A DNA stretch of 64,000 nt from Candidatus Woesearchaeota archaeon (GCA_018221105.1 JAAOYA010000008.1:64648-128647), one strand, 5' to 3'. Shown: positions 45,725-56,819, counted from the stretch's first letter. Numbers and translations: made by a program. The notes: generated by a model not told the origin, from the sequence alone.

Positions 45725-46117
45725 ATGGTAATACTATACGATCAGTTCAACCTTCCAGACGACATATTCGAAATAATCTTTGCCACAGAACAACAAAAAG
45801 TCGTTGCTTCAATGCTAATAGAATACATGAAAAAACACGATGACGTCATTGGCAAAACAGAAATGAGCATGTTCGCCACAAAACTACACGACGGAACACT
45901 AGTAGAAGTTCAAGAAAGTGACATGCCAGGGCCAAAAAAGAAAGAAATGAAAATATCCTACAATAAAAGACAATTTTATGATCGCATCCTAACACCAATG
46001 AAAAGTATGGGACTAGTAGATTATGACCTGTACAAAAAAAATTATAGAATATCAGACAAGTTCAACAAAAACTTAATCCGCATCGGTCTGATGTGGGTTA
46101 GAGAAATAAACAAATAA
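45725..46117 (+). CDS. hypothetical protein
   Basis: 130 aa; no recognisable motif. Confidence 0.35.
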   Translation: MVILYDQFNLPDDIFEIIFATEQQKVVASMLIEYMKKHDDVIGKTEMSMFATKLHDGTLVEVQESDMPGPKKKEMKISYNKRQFYDRILTPMKSMGLVDYDLYKKNYRISDKFNKNLIRIGLMWVREINK

Positions 46118-46149
46118 ACGAGAGAAACAAACAAAAGTTCAAGCTCATC

Positions 46150-46232
46150 GGGCTGTCAGCAAGCGTTTACATGTTTCTTTCTGCAAACGACCACCCCTCC
46201 CTAAAAACCCTTCAATCAACTGTTGACAGCCC
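46150..46232. other. long inverted repeat (GGGCUGUCAGCA ... UGUUGACAGCCC) enclosing about 59 nt with a C-rich tract
   Basis: 11 of 12 complementary arms between convergent gene ends; possible bidirectional terminator or small structured RNA. Confidence 0.3.
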
Positions 46233-46253
46233 ACTCACCCCTCATTCTAAAAA

Positions 46254-47444
46254 TCAACTCAATTTTTTCTTCTTTCTAATTAGAATAAGCAATACTAAAA
46301 TAACAATCACTAAAACCAAAGTAATCAACAAAGTAGTATTTGTTGGCTTCTCGCCAAGATTAACATTAAGCACCGCGCCCTTTTCATATGTCAATTTATT
46401 ATTATAAACCACTCTACCACTAATAAAGTATTGTCCGACAGCCAAAGGCTCAAAAAAATCATCCAGTCTGACAGTTTCTTTAGGGCGCACAAGCAACTCA
46501 TCACTTTCTAAAATTTCAACAACACGAGTGTTATAAGTCACAGTACCCCTAAAACGAGCGCTAACACTAGTATCGCCCTTATTTTTAAAAACAGCGCTTA
46601 TAGGTACAACATCATAAGTTAATGCCCACGGAGGATTTTCAATGCGTATAAGCTCTCCAAAATCACTAAGTTGACCTCTATCAAGAACACTAAATGTTTG
46701 CAAGCCAGTATAACCACACTCGCCAACCACTATGTCAACCCAGTACTGTCCAATATCAAGTGAGTGATCAAGCAATCGCTCTGTTGTTTTAGTGGTTGTT
46801 GGCAGCGTCTGTTCAAGATTAAAACGCTGCGTGTGAACAATATTTTCTTGCAATTGATCCCAAACTTGCAAAGTGACCTCAGGGTTTAACCTAACATTGC
46901 CCTTATTGTTAAGCGTTGCAAAAAAAGATGTTAGTTGATCAATCTCACTATCTTTTAATTCTACCCCACCAATAGTACATGATACAATTTGCTCTCCAGT
47001 AATTTCAACAGTTATTTTTATCAAAAAAGCAGCTCTTATAGCACTACCCATGCCACTTTCAAATTGCGGTTTTTGTTGCGTTATAATTTTTAATTCTCCA
47101 GTGTAATTGCCAGTTTGAATATCTTGCGGTGGCTGTACTATAACTTGCAAAAAAAGAGGTTTATCTGCACTGATAACAACATTTTCAATGTCATCAAGTG
47201 ATGGTTCAAAACTAATCCAGTCAGTCACACTGCCTTTTAACTCATAAAGAATTGTCAAATTATCAGAAGTGTCTGTAGATATTGCTAATTGATCCTGAGC
47301 ATAACCACCTTTTAGCACATTACGATAATGCAGTGATGCAGGACTAACACCAAGACCAATACCATAAACTGTTGAAGTGAAAAAAATTAGTAGTAAAAAA
47401 CTGAGTAATGCTAAGCTTGTTTTTTTGTTCATTGTCATTTTCAA
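46254..47444 (-). CDS. cell-surface protein with N-terminal signal peptide and C-terminal TM anchor
   Basis: Signal MKMTMNKKTSLALLSFLLLIFFTST; C-terminal LLITLVLVIVILVLLILIRKKKK. Confidence 0.5.
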   Translation of the reverse strand: MKMTMNKKTSLALLSFLLLIFFTSTVYGIGLGVSPASLHYRNVLKGGYAQDQLAISTDTSDNLTILYELKGSVTDWISFEPSLDDIENVVISADKPLFLQVIVQPPQDIQTGNYTGELKIITQQKPQFESGMGSAIRAAFLIKITVEITGEQIVSCTIGGVELKDSEIDQLTSFFATLNNKGNVRLNPEVTLQVWDQLQENIVHTQRFNLEQTLPTTTKTTERLLDHSLDIGQYWVDIVVGECGYTGLQTFSVLDRGQLSDFGELIRIENPPWALTYDVVPISAVFKNKGDTSVSARFRGTVTYNTRVVEILESDELLVRPKETVRLDDFFEPLAVGQYFISGRVVYNNKLTYEKGAVLNVNLGEKPTNTTLLITLVLVIVILVLLILIRKKKKLS

Positions 47445-47465
47445 TTGTGTGCTAATATTAAAGTT

Positions 47466-50400
47466 TTATGATGCTGTAGCAGTAAAAACCACAATTCCTG
47501 TGCAATTACCTCTTGCTTGATTATTGGGTTGTAACTTCCAGTATACATTGCGCGTTGAAGGAGTCGCATTTGTTTGCTTTACAAGATCAAAAGTGGATAG
47601 CGTTACAGGGCTGTCACTGACCTGGGTCATTGAAATAAAAGGTTGGCCAGAGCTTAAACTGTAACGCTCTCCACTGTAAGAAATATTATTTTCTGTACAA
47701 TTCATAGCATAACCGTCATTGTCGTTTACGGCGTACGCGTCTAATTGTAAGTCTATTTGCGAGTTTCCAAAGTTGTTTACTGTTGCTATGACATCTGGCG
47801 ATGTTTGCATTAATTCTACATCGTCAAAATCAATAAGCGGCGTAATATTAATAGCATAAAAAGCATTAATTGTCACGTTATCTATTAGCGAGTCAGTATA
47901 GCCTCCAGTGTCAAGTGCTGTAACATTGCACCACCACGTACCATTATTTACATAATATGTAACATTAAAATCGCAAGTGAAGTTTTTATAATTACCAGCT
48001 GAACCGGCTTCTGCGCAACTCGTTTGAGTATAGTGAGTGTTATTATCATCAGCATCATTTGACTTGTTTAAATAATAGTAAATTGTAGCGTTAGCGCTGT
48101 CAATGTTTGCCGCTCCACTAAACTTGTAAACACTGGCATTGCAATATACAGGAGTTAAAATTCCTGCCAGCAAATCTATCTCGTTTGGCACTGGCGCAAA
48201 AAAGTCATCAAACAGGACTGACTCTACACTTGGCGATAAATCGCCCCATTCTGTACAAGTACCTCCCCCACCATAACTAATGTTAAATTGGAACCAGTCA
48301 ACATAAGCATCGTTGCCACCTGGTTCGCGATAATAAAATATTCTGATATCTAAACTGTTGACTTGTGACGCATTTAAAAAATCAAGGTCGCAATACTCTA
48401 AAGTGTTACTTACAGGACTTGTTATAGCACAACTGACAGTCTGCCAAGTGCTGTCATTGCGCCATTCGAAATGATCAAAGTTTATTTTTGTTCCAACATA
48501 GTGTTGCACCCAGACCCTGGCGGTTTTTACGTCAGTTGTTAATGGCAGGCTGTATGAAAAGTTTGCTTGTAAGTAATCAGTCTGCCCGTTAGTTAATGCT
48601 AGTGTTTCATAATTGCTATCCCCTGGCGTTAAAACATTGCTTAATGTTGTGCCTTGACCGTCACCTTCACTAATAGCATAAGCCAATGTGTTATCATAAG
48701 CTATAACTTCCGTAATATTAAAATAGCTTGTAGCGTTTAATTCTGTGTGGTTCTGATCTTCTGCCATTACACTAAAATTTCCAAAACAAGTATCTGTAGC
48801 ATTCCAATCAATTACAAATCCTCCGGTACTGTTGGCATAGACTGTTATTGGAAAGCCCGGTGCTAATTCTAAAGAGTCTTCATCACGAATAGTTAAGCTT
48901 AGGGTACCATTAACAGTATACCACTGTCCTGTTATCGTAACATTTTCATACGGTAAGTAGTCTGTTTGGTCAGTACTAAGCGTTGCAACTCGATTGTTTA
49001 CTGTAAAATTATCAGTTCCGTTAAGATTAGAATATAATATGTCAAAAACGCTAACATTGTAAAGTCCTAAGATAGCACTGTAGCCTATTGGAAAAACATA
49101 AACTATACCACCTGTGCTGTTGGCTGTTAGGTTAGTAATGTTTTGTCCAAGTGGATACACAATATCGATTGTTACATTGTTAAAAGGTGAGAATCCATAG
49201 CCTGTTATCAAAGCGAATTCTCCTTGAAAATAACTATTTTGTACGTTAACACCTGATGGCCTGGTATTGACATTAAAAGTTGTTGTAGCATTATCTGCTT
49301 CGTTGCCAAACTCATAAGCGTAAAGTTCATAACTTCCTGTAGGTTGATTAAAAGCAAGCGAGTAAGTACTGTTAAAATCTCCACTAGCACTAGTTGTTTC
49401 ATTCCATAATTCTATTGTGCCATTAGACCAGTTTAAGCGTAAAGTCACTGTGACTGTTGGATTCCAGTTAGCACCACTAATGTTAACTTGCCCTCCTTGT
49501 TCATAGTTTGGAAAATTTGTGCTCACTGCAGGACCAAAAAAATTCACAGTCAAATTATAAACTAGTGAACTGTTTTCAAAACCGTTACTATCAGTACAAT
49601 TAACACTCCAATTATGTTGACCATTAGCTAAGCTTACAGAAGTATTAAGTGCGATACCTTCTTGAGGGCTAGAAAAAGTATCTTTTTCTTGACCATCAAC
49701 AATCAACTCACAAGAACTTATAGTCGTCATCCTGTCTGTGACGTTAAATTCAAAAAAAACAGATGGGGAAACTGTCCAATCAGTGTTATTGCCTGGCAAC
49801 TCTAATTTTATTTGCGGTGGTTGCGTGTCAACTTTTACAATTTTTTTTGTAAAGTTAGTACCTTCATTATTGTTCTCATCAGTACAATTAACAGTCCAAC
49901 TCCAAACGCCATCAGTTATTGTAGTGCTAATGTTTGTTTCAGTGTTATTTAACACATTCAGTATTGTTTCATTGCGAGTATCATTTAGTATTAAAGTACA
50001 ATTAGCAATTAGTGAATTATCGATTGCCGTAAAATTAACATTCAATAAATTGTTAAGCCAAAAAGTATTATTGTCGGGCTTGCCAAGCGACACATTTGGA
50101 GCTACCAAATCTGGAGGACTATAATCGACTTGCAACCACATAGCATCAACCTGCCATTCAGTAATATCTTGTCGGCCACTAACAATGGTGTCAATGTTGC
50201 TAATAGTGCTGTTAATTTCGCTCCAAGTCCACGCAATACCTGTTGCTGGACTAAGAGTCCAAATGTATGTGAATTGTTGAAAGCTTGTGCTAGTAGCATA
50301 AGTTGCTGGAGCACCAGGGTAAGCAGACCCGCCTAAATAAATTTGTAGTGTTATACCTTCACTTGCTGCTGCGACATCTGAAGCAGCCCAAACAATCAAA

Positions 50401-50681
50401 GTAACATTATTTATTGTTCCGCTACCTGAATAGTTTGCAAAATTTGCGTGCAGCACGTCTCTTTTTGTCGTCTCGTAAGCTACACCCGTGCGCGTCGCGC
50501 TAAAAGTTGATTGGTCATGAACTCCAAGGTTTGCCTCACTAACCTGAGCCCACAAATTTAGTGGAGTCGTAGTAGCTGTTGTAGCGTTGAGTGTTAGAAC
50601 TATAGCTTGTATACTGGTAGAAAAAATTAGTGTAAACAATAATATTACAATAAGTAGTAATGATACCCTGTTTTTTCTCAA
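47466..50681 (-). CDS. large secreted surface glycoprotein (S-layer/adhesin-like), sequon-dense
   Basis: 1071 aa; signal peptide; dozens of N-x-S/T sequons; C-terminal about 250 aa homologous to the 296-aa neighbour, ending CTGIVVFTATAS. Confidence 0.55.
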   Translation of the reverse strand: MRKNRVSLLLIVILLFTLIFSTSIQAIVLTLNATTATTTPLNLWAQVSEANLGVHDQSTFSATRTGVAYETTKRDVLHANFANYSGSGTINNVTLIVWAASDVAAASEGITLQIYLGGSAYPGAPATYATSTSFQQFTYIWTLSPATGIAWTWSEINSTISNIDTIVSGRQDITEWQVDAMWLQVDYSPPDLVAPNVSLGKPDNNTFWLNNLLNVNFTAIDNSLIANCTLILNDTRNETILNVLNNTETNISTTITDGVWSWTVNCTDENNNEGTNFTKKIVKVDTQPPQIKLELPGNNTDWTVSPSVFFEFNVTDRMTTISSCELIVDGQEKDTFSSPQEGIALNTSVSLANGQHNWSVNCTDSNGFENSSLVYNLTVNFFGPAVSTNFPNYEQGGQVNISGANWNPTVTVTLRLNWSNGTIELWNETTSASGDFNSTYSLAFNQPTGSYELYAYEFGNEADNATTTFNVNTRPSGVNVQNSYFQGEFALITGYGFSPFNNVTIDIVYPLGQNITNLTANSTGGIVYVFPIGYSAILGLYNVSVFDILYSNLNGTDNFTVNNRVATLSTDQTDYLPYENVTITGQWYTVNGTLSLTIRDEDSLELAPGFPITVYANSTGGFVIDWNATDTCFGNFSVMAEDQNHTELNATSYFNITEVIAYDNTLAYAISEGDGQGTTLSNVLTPGDSNYETLALTNGQTDYLQANFSYSLPLTTDVKTARVWVQHYVGTKINFDHFEWRNDSTWQTVSCAITSPVSNTLEYCDLDFLNASQVNSLDIRIFYYREPGGNDAYVDWFQFNISYGGGGTCTEWGDLSPSVESVLFDDFFAPVPNEIDLLAGILTPVYCNASVYKFSGAANIDSANATIYYYLNKSNDADDNNTHYTQTSCAEAGSAGNYKNFTCDFNVTYYVNNGTWWCNVTALDTGGYTDSLIDNVTINAFYAINITPLIDFDDVELMQTSPDVIATVNNFGNSQIDLQLDAYAVNDNDGYAMNCTENNISYSGERYSLSSGQPFISMTQVSDSPVTLSTFDLVKQTNATPSTRNVYWKLQPNNQARGNCTGIVVFTATAS

Positions 50682-50747
50682 TTCAATGACCCCTAAAATC
50701 TCCTATTGTTCAACAATTAGAAAACTGCACTTAAAGGTTTAAAAAGT

Positions 50748-51638
50748 TTATGCTATCGAAGCAGTAAATTGTATAAATCCAGTGCACACGCCAAAAGGGT
50801 TCGGTGGAACATATAATTGCCAGTATGTAGAATTATAAGTTACAGTGCTATCAGAAAGTCGTGAAATGATTGTAAGGTTAGTAACATTAAGCGCTGAACC
50901 ACTTGTTAGGTTAGTACGCTGGTTTAGTGTATCTGATGCGTTTAATGAAAATTTTAGGTTTTCAATAGTAATATTTTCAACAGGACAATCCATTGCCAGT
51001 CCGTCACCTGGTGTTACTCCAAAGCCTTCTACTGTAACATTAATGTTGCGATTGCCCCAGTTTGTTACATTGGCAACTATGGTGGTGGAGTTATCCCCCA
51101 CCGATAAGTTGCCAAAATCCAACAAGCCAGGTGTAACATTGATAGCGTATAAAGAACTGATAGTGCTACTATTCCAAGCAATATCTGTAAAGTTCCAATC
51201 ATCGATTACTGTTGCATTGCACCACCAAGTGCCATTAAAAGCATAATATTCAACATCAAATATGCAAGTATAATTTGCATAATTTCCATCAGTATCTATT
51301 TCAGTACAAGTACTGTCATTATAGTGTTCGTTATTGTCATTAGCTTGATTTGAAGCGTTTAAACTGTAATAGAATGTTGCGTTAACACCTTGTATATCGC
51401 CAAAACCATTATAATCTAGTATGCTAACTGAACAATTAATTGCTATTGTTCTACCAGCATTTAGCACTATGTTTGAGCCTTGATTTACTATAACTTGTAG
51501 TATTGAAGGACCAGTGTTTGTCACGTTAACTTTTGTTGAGACATTGACGTATTCAAAATTATAAGCTAGTGCTGGTCCAAAAAGAATTACTGCCGTTAAT
51601 AAAATAAGTATTAACACCTTTGTTGCTTGTTGACTCAT
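50748..51638 (-). CDS. secreted surface protein, paralogous to the C-terminal domain of the upstream 1071-aa protein
   Basis: Shared blocks YYSLNASNQANDNNEHY.../...NGTWWCN... and the C-terminal motif CTGFIQFTASIA. Confidence 0.5.
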   Translation of the reverse strand: MSQQATKVLILILLTAVILFGPALAYNFEYVNVSTKVNVTNTGPSILQVIVNQGSNIVLNAGRTIAINCSVSILDYNGFGDIQGVNATFYYSLNASNQANDNNEHYNDSTCTEIDTDGNYANYTCIFDVEYYAFNGTWWCNATVIDDWNFTDIAWNSSTISSLYAINVTPGLLDFGNLSVGDNSTTIVANVTNWGNRNINVTVEGFGVTPGDGLAMDCPVENITIENLKFSLNASDTLNQRTNLTSGSALNVTNLTIISRLSDSTVTYNSTYWQLYVPPNPFGVCTGFIQFTASIA

Positions 51639-51721
51639 TTTTGCCTATTAAATGTTGTTGGATTATATATCAGTATAGCTTTATGTATATTAGGATGCGT
51701 ACTCCTATATAAATGTTTCGA

Positions 51722-54637
51722 TTAAACTTTATCAAGTACTCTAGCATATTTTTCATGAACATAATTTATGAGTTTTGAATCCTTTGCAGGCTGCAATCCA
51801 GCCCTATGATACAAGCTTTCAACCTTTCTTGTGTGTTCTCGCGCAATATCATGATTTTTATCTATTAGTGCTGCTTTTGCCCTGCCAAGATAAAATACCA
51901 TCATCAATTGATTATAAACTTCTTGTACTAGTTGTTGTTCAAAAATAGTGCTTGGCTCTAATGTTAGGCTTTGCTTGTACAAATCATATGCACTAACAAA
52001 GTCAAGACTTCGAAGTTTTTCTTTTGCAAGCTCTAAGTTTTGATAAATTAAACTTTTTGGTGCTGGCAACGCGCTTAAGCCTTCAAAAGATTTTTCATGG
52101 CTGATAATTGTCTTATCGCGCTTTGCAATAGTTTTTATTTTTTGCAGAACATTATTATTTGTGCTAATAGAGTCTGAAAGCACTACAGTGTAATAGACCA
52201 CTAATAAAATAATCGCAATCAAAGCTAAGACTAGTGGAACACTGCTAAAAATGCTTTTTACAAAACCATCACTTTGCGCTACAGCATTACCTGTTACTTT
52301 CGACTCGCCAGTTGCATCCACTGTTTCTTTTTGGACCAACACACTAGGGTTTTGTACGTAAACAGTTTGAATAGCTTTTAAATCATTAAAATCAATTATT
52401 TTTTCAATCACATAACTAAGTTTTTCACTCTTAAGTGTTGCAAAATCCCAAGATACCACAGGATCTTTTTTTAGCACAGTTGGCTCTTTGGAATAACTTA
52501 TTTGTGAAGCATCAAAAACAACAGCTTTTGGAATTTTTTCAACCAGTACAACATTTGATTGCTCGCTAGTAGCACTAATAGTTTTTTGTACAATTGTAAA
52601 ATCTTGCGAATCCTTAAACTCTCCATAATCTAATCTTGCGCTAATAAAAACGTTAGTGGTGCTTATCAAGTCATTAAATTCAATGCTTTGTTTTTCTAGT
52701 TGTGAGCGTTGTTTTTTTGGCAAGTCTAACCCTATAATAATCTCACTTAGAGCCTCACTAACAGCTTGCTTGCCAGACGTTAGTGGAGTATAATCAGCCT
52801 TTTTTAATACTTCAATGTGCGTTACAATGCCGCTTTTTGCATTTTGTGCTTTTTCTTTTAATTGTTGTATACGCTCTAACAATTGTTCTTCGTCAAGATC
52901 TAACTTTAGCAAATCTTGTGCCTGGCTTTGATAAGTAGTTATAGCGTTTCGAGCTTCTATAGCGTTTTGCATCAAACTCAATTCTTTGATAACAGTTACT
53001 TTTACAGGATCAGTCTCGCTTTCAAGATTTCCTATCAACCAATCAGCATCTATTAATTGTTTGTCAATAATTTTTTTTGTCGTATTGACAAGAGGATAAT
53101 ATTTCGGATTCAATCCTTTTGACTCAACAATGTTTTCTTGTTGTTTTTTATCATCATAGTATATCGCGCTAAACTGTTCGCTAGATAATGGTCCAACATT
53201 GCCAGCATCATCAACAACCGCAACCCTATAATAATAAATCAAACCTTCTTCAACATCATCGTCATAATAATGTTCATCATCAGTATCATCATAAAAGTCT
53301 ACAAATTCAACCCCAGGACTTTCACGTCTATAAATATTATACTTGTCAACTTGTTCACTATCATAGTACAAACTGATTTTTATTCTGTCATCATCATTTT
53401 CCACTCTGAAACTTGTTGGGGCTGTTGGTTTTGAAGTATCTACTAAAAATATTTCTCCGCCAGTAATTTGGTTGCCTGCTAGTCCTTCAGTATCAACTCC
53501 GCTGAAATAAAAAGTTCCTATTTTGTCAACATCATAGATTGGTATTATCATAAAACCGTTCCAATTTGTTGGTCCGCCAGTTAAAGAAATTGTTTTTTTT
53601 GCACTATCATCATTGTAATTATATTGTAGTGTTGGAGTGTTAACTAATGGTTTTGAACTAATTAGTGTTACCTTGACCGTTCCTTCTTGTAGCGGAGTAT
53701 TCTCACCTAAGTTGATGTTTGATGTTGGCGGCAGCGTGGCACTAAAAGATATGAGCGTGCTTGATAACATAATGTTTCCTGCTAAGTCAATGCATCTAAC
53801 ATGATAATTATTGATTCCTTGCACTAAATCACTGACTGTTATACTGTGCGTTATTGAATCACTGCTTTGCAGGTTGCTAGTCATGTCGGCGTAACCAATA
53901 TTTTGTTTTGAATTTTTACAACTACTTTTTTCATTAGTTGTCACTTGTAATGTTGTACTAGCACTTTTGATAAGACTTGTTGGGCTAACACTGGTTATTG
54001 CAGGAGGTGTAAAATCAACATAAAAAGTCAGCGTGTGCGATGAACTCATAGCATTGCCCGCATTGTCTGCGCACCTGATATAAATTGTGTTAGTGCCTTG
54101 TGATAAATCAGTAATTGTCCCGTCATGAGCAGTGTTAAAGCCTGCAAAAGAATAAATCATTATAGCATAAGTAGTATCAACATAATCGTATTTACACCAG
54201 CTTTGCTCGTCAGTGACTGCTGTTATTATTGTCGCAATGGTATTAAATGTTAATCCTTGCGGGTGGCTGTAAGTTATTATCGGAGCTGTCGTGTCAATGA
54301 CTGTAAAACTATCAGAGAGCATTGTGCTTTGAGAGTTCTCAACTGCATATATTTTGTAGTTATTGACTCCTATATTTGTTGGAGTCCAACTATAATCATA
54401 AAGACCAAAATTATAGTTCATTGAATAATTTTGATTTTCAAACTCCAAAAATACATTTGTTAGCGGGCTTTGTGAAGTAATGTTGGCTCGCAAAAATTGC
54501 AAGTTTGTATGAGCTAGCGGATCTGTCAAACTAACAACTTCAATTGTCGCTCCGCTAACAAAAGTTGACAGTACTGTTGTAAGTATTACTAACATTATTG
54601 TTAGAGTGATATGCTTTTTTTGTTGTTTTTTTGTCAT
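51722..54637 (-). CDS. large type-I membrane surface protein with internal repeats and helical cytoplasmic tail
   Basis: Signal peptide; repeated about 110-aa modules (...C.YD...Y..M...H...I..L..G.N.Y..RC.D.AGN...); TM SVPLVLALIAIILLVVYYTVVL; about 150-aa cytoplasmic C-terminus. Confidence 0.55.
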   Translation of the reverse strand: MTKKQQKKHITLTIMLVILTTVLSTFVSGATIEVVSLTDPLAHTNLQFLRANITSQSPLTNVFLEFENQNYSMNYNFGLYDYSWTPTNIGVNNYKIYAVENSQSTMLSDSFTVIDTTAPIITYSHPQGLTFNTIATIITAVTDEQSWCKYDYVDTTYAIMIYSFAGFNTAHDGTITDLSQGTNTIYIRCADNAGNAMSSSHTLTFYVDFTPPAITSVSPTSLIKSASTTLQVTTNEKSSCKNSKQNIGYADMTSNLQSSDSITHSITVSDLVQGINNYHVRCIDLAGNIMLSSTLISFSATLPPTSNINLGENTPLQEGTVKVTLISSKPLVNTPTLQYNYNDDSAKKTISLTGGPTNWNGFMIIPIYDVDKIGTFYFSGVDTEGLAGNQITGGEIFLVDTSKPTAPTSFRVENDDDRIKISLYYDSEQVDKYNIYRRESPGVEFVDFYDDTDDEHYYDDDVEEGLIYYYRVAVVDDAGNVGPLSSEQFSAIYYDDKKQQENIVESKGLNPKYYPLVNTTKKIIDKQLIDADWLIGNLESETDPVKVTVIKELSLMQNAIEARNAITTYQSQAQDLLKLDLDEEQLLERIQQLKEKAQNAKSGIVTHIEVLKKADYTPLTSGKQAVSEALSEIIIGLDLPKKQRSQLEKQSIEFNDLISTTNVFISARLDYGEFKDSQDFTIVQKTISATSEQSNVVLVEKIPKAVVFDASQISYSKEPTVLKKDPVVSWDFATLKSEKLSYVIEKIIDFNDLKAIQTVYVQNPSVLVQKETVDATGESKVTGNAVAQSDGFVKSIFSSVPLVLALIAIILLVVYYTVVLSDSISTNNNVLQKIKTIAKRDKTIISHEKSFEGLSALPAPKSLIYQNLELAKEKLRSLDFVSAYDLYKQSLTLEPSTIFEQQLVQEVYNQLMMVFYLGRAKAALIDKNHDIAREHTRKVESLYHRAGLQPAKDSKLINYVHEKYARVLDKV

Positions 54638-55049
54638 GGTTTTTTGATTTATTCGTTTAGTGATTTCTGCGCTTTCAACCCTCTTTTTTGTTTATTTTGA
54701 TAGGTTGTCGATTAGCTTTTGATCTTTTTTTATGTGCTCTTCGATAGCTTTTTCAAAGTAATCATTTAGTGTTATGCCTTTGAGCACAGAAATCACTTTT
54801 GCCTTTGTGTGCAGTTTCCCTGCTAGTTTTATGTTAACTCTTTTCATGTGTTTATAGTATAATCATCTAGTTTTTGTCTAGTCACGACTCTTGAAAAGTC
54901 ACTTTCATAATCATTCTAACTAAAATGATTTAAAAACTTTACTATTTTTTATGATATAACTAAAATATAGCATAAAAATATTTCTATCATTTTTATGATG
55001 AAAATCATTTCATTTATTGTCGAGAAATTCAAAAAATAAACATATTTAC

Positions 55050-56819
55050 TTATTTTAGTTCATCCAATTCTTTTTTAGAATTATTTTTTGCAGAACTAAC
55101 ACCAGAATCTTCAGCGTTCACAGTTGAATCATCAGATTTTTTCTTTTCATCTGATGATTCTTTTCCAGCCAACTGATCATAAAGCTTTTGCTTTTCTTCA
55201 TACTGATCGTAAACTTCCACAAGCATATTATAAATATTCTTTAGTGGAGGATAATCTTTAGCAGCTTGTTTAAAATCAATATCATTTGCCAACTCGTAAA
55301 TCTCATCACACACTAATTTTTCAGTTTTGTAAGGGTTTTTGTGCTCCAAGTACTTATCATGAAGCTCTAAGATTTTTTTATACAAATATTTTAGACCATC
55401 AAATTTTTCTAAATATTTTTTGAACTCTTCACTTTTTGAAATATCATAAAGCGCTTCAGACAATTGTTGCTCTAAGTGCAACAAGTAATCATTTTCTAAA
55501 TCAATAAGCATTTGTATGTGTTGATGGTGTGTAAAATGAAATTTGTTAAGGCTTTTGAGCTTTTTGTGTTCATCATACTCAAAATATTTTAAAAACCCGT
55601 AAAACCCTGCTGGAATAATTCCAAAAGTCAAAATCAAAAGCAGTAAAAAATTTGTTAAGTAATCATTGCACAAAAAGAAAAAGTAATAATACAAAAATAG
55701 TAAGCTGCCTGACAAACTTATTAAAAAAGCAAATAAATAATTTTTTCTTCTTTCTGCCAAATAATTCTTTGCTTTTGTTAAATCATCTAATTCTTCATTT
55801 TCTTTAATTTTTTTAATTTTTTGCCCGCCATAATAAAGTCTTGTGCTAATCGAAACTATAACTATCGCAAAAAATATTAATAGTGGAATACCAAAATCTT
55901 CAAAAGGTTTTGTGCAAACAATTATTGTTGGCATTTCAAAAATTGGTTTTTCTAATTCATGACAAGGTATACACGGGCCGCCACAATCAGCACTGTCTTC
56001 TCCCTGATTTTGAATACCGTCATTGCAAGTAGGAACTAGTAATTCTTGTGGGCAAGACGTGCACGGGCCGCCACAATCAATGCCTTGTTCTCCCTGATTT
56101 TGAATACCATCATCACAGCTTCCTTTGTACTCGCAAAACTGTATCATTTCAGGCTTGTTAAAATAAGTTCTGCAAAAGTTTTTATCATAACAACTACGTG
56201 TTTGAGTATCGTCTGGCTGGCAAGGCTCCCACTCAAAACACTGCCAGTCTTCAACACAGGTAAATAATGTTCTTCCAGTCTTGCTTTGTCTTCCAACATC
56301 TACTTCTTGATCATCAACATCTCCACCTCCTCCACCTCCAGGGCCGCCTCCTCCTCCGGGGGTGCAAACTCCACAATCAGCTTGACAAGTTATACAACTC
56401 TCGCCTTCTGCACCTGTACAAATAGCGTCGCCACAATAAAAGCGTGGCCAGATAAAATTAACATTGCTAAAAACTCCACTAGTCCAATTCACGTTTCCTG
56501 AAGGTCCTGCTTCTTGCAAATTATAAAAAAATCTTATTATATCTCCTGGTTCTGCTCCCTCATCAGCAAGCGTTTGAGGATCATCACCTTTGCACGATAA
56601 TAGACCATAATAGTTATTATTTACTATTGTAAATTGTCCGCAAAGAGTATTGTTAGGGTCAACAGCATAAAGCGTGTAGCCAAAAGTAGTATTAGAGTTC
56701 ACATCAGTAAAGGCCCCGTAGAACTCCATAGATTTTGGTGGCAACGCAAGAGTTAGCACACTGCTAAAAAGTATTAAAATCATTGTTGTAGTAATGAATG
56801 TTTTTTTTGTAAGCAACAT
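55050..56819 (-). CDS. membrane protein with extracellular Gly-run and tandem Cys-rich repeats (C-x-DGIQNQGE-x3-DCGGPC-x2-C), multi-TM region and cytoplasmic coiled-coil tail
   Basis: Signal/TM at the N-terminus, GGGGGPGGGGGG run, two copies of the Cys repeat, 3 TM helices, acidic/coiled C-terminus. Confidence 0.5.
   Translation of the reverse strand: MLLTKKTFITTTMILILFSSVLTLALPPKSMEFYGAFTDVNSNTTFGYTLYAVDPNNTLCGQFTIVNNNYYGLLSCKGDDPQTLADEGAEPGDIIRFFYNLQEAGPSGNVNWTSGVFSNVNFIWPRFYCGDAICTGAEGESCITCQADCGVCTPGGGGGPGGGGGGDVDDQEVDVGRQSKTGRTLFTCVEDWQCFEWEPCQPDDTQTRSCYDKNFCRTYFNKPEMIQFCEYKGSCDDGIQNQGEQGIDCGGPCTSCPQELLVPTCNDGIQNQGEDSADCGGPCIPCHELEKPIFEMPTIIVCTKPFEDFGIPLLIFFAIVIVSISTRLYYGGQKIKKIKENEELDDLTKAKNYLAERRKNYLFAFLISLSGSLLFLYYYFFFLCNDYLTNFLLLLILTFGIIPAGFYGFLKYFEYDEHKKLKSLNKFHFTHHQHIQMLIDLENDYLLHLEQQLSEALYDISKSEEFKKYLEKFDGLKYLYKKILELHDKYLEHKNPYKTEKLVCDEIYELANDIDFKQAAKDYPPLKNIYNMLVEVYDQYEEKQKLYDQLAGKESSDEKKKSDDSTVNAEDSGVSSAKNNSKKELDELK
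55971..56125. repeat. intragenic tandem repeat (about 90-nt unit, 2 copies) encoding the Cys-rich DCGGPC module
   Basis: gggccgccacaatca...tctccctgattttgaatacc repeated with a few substitutions. Confidence 0.5.
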
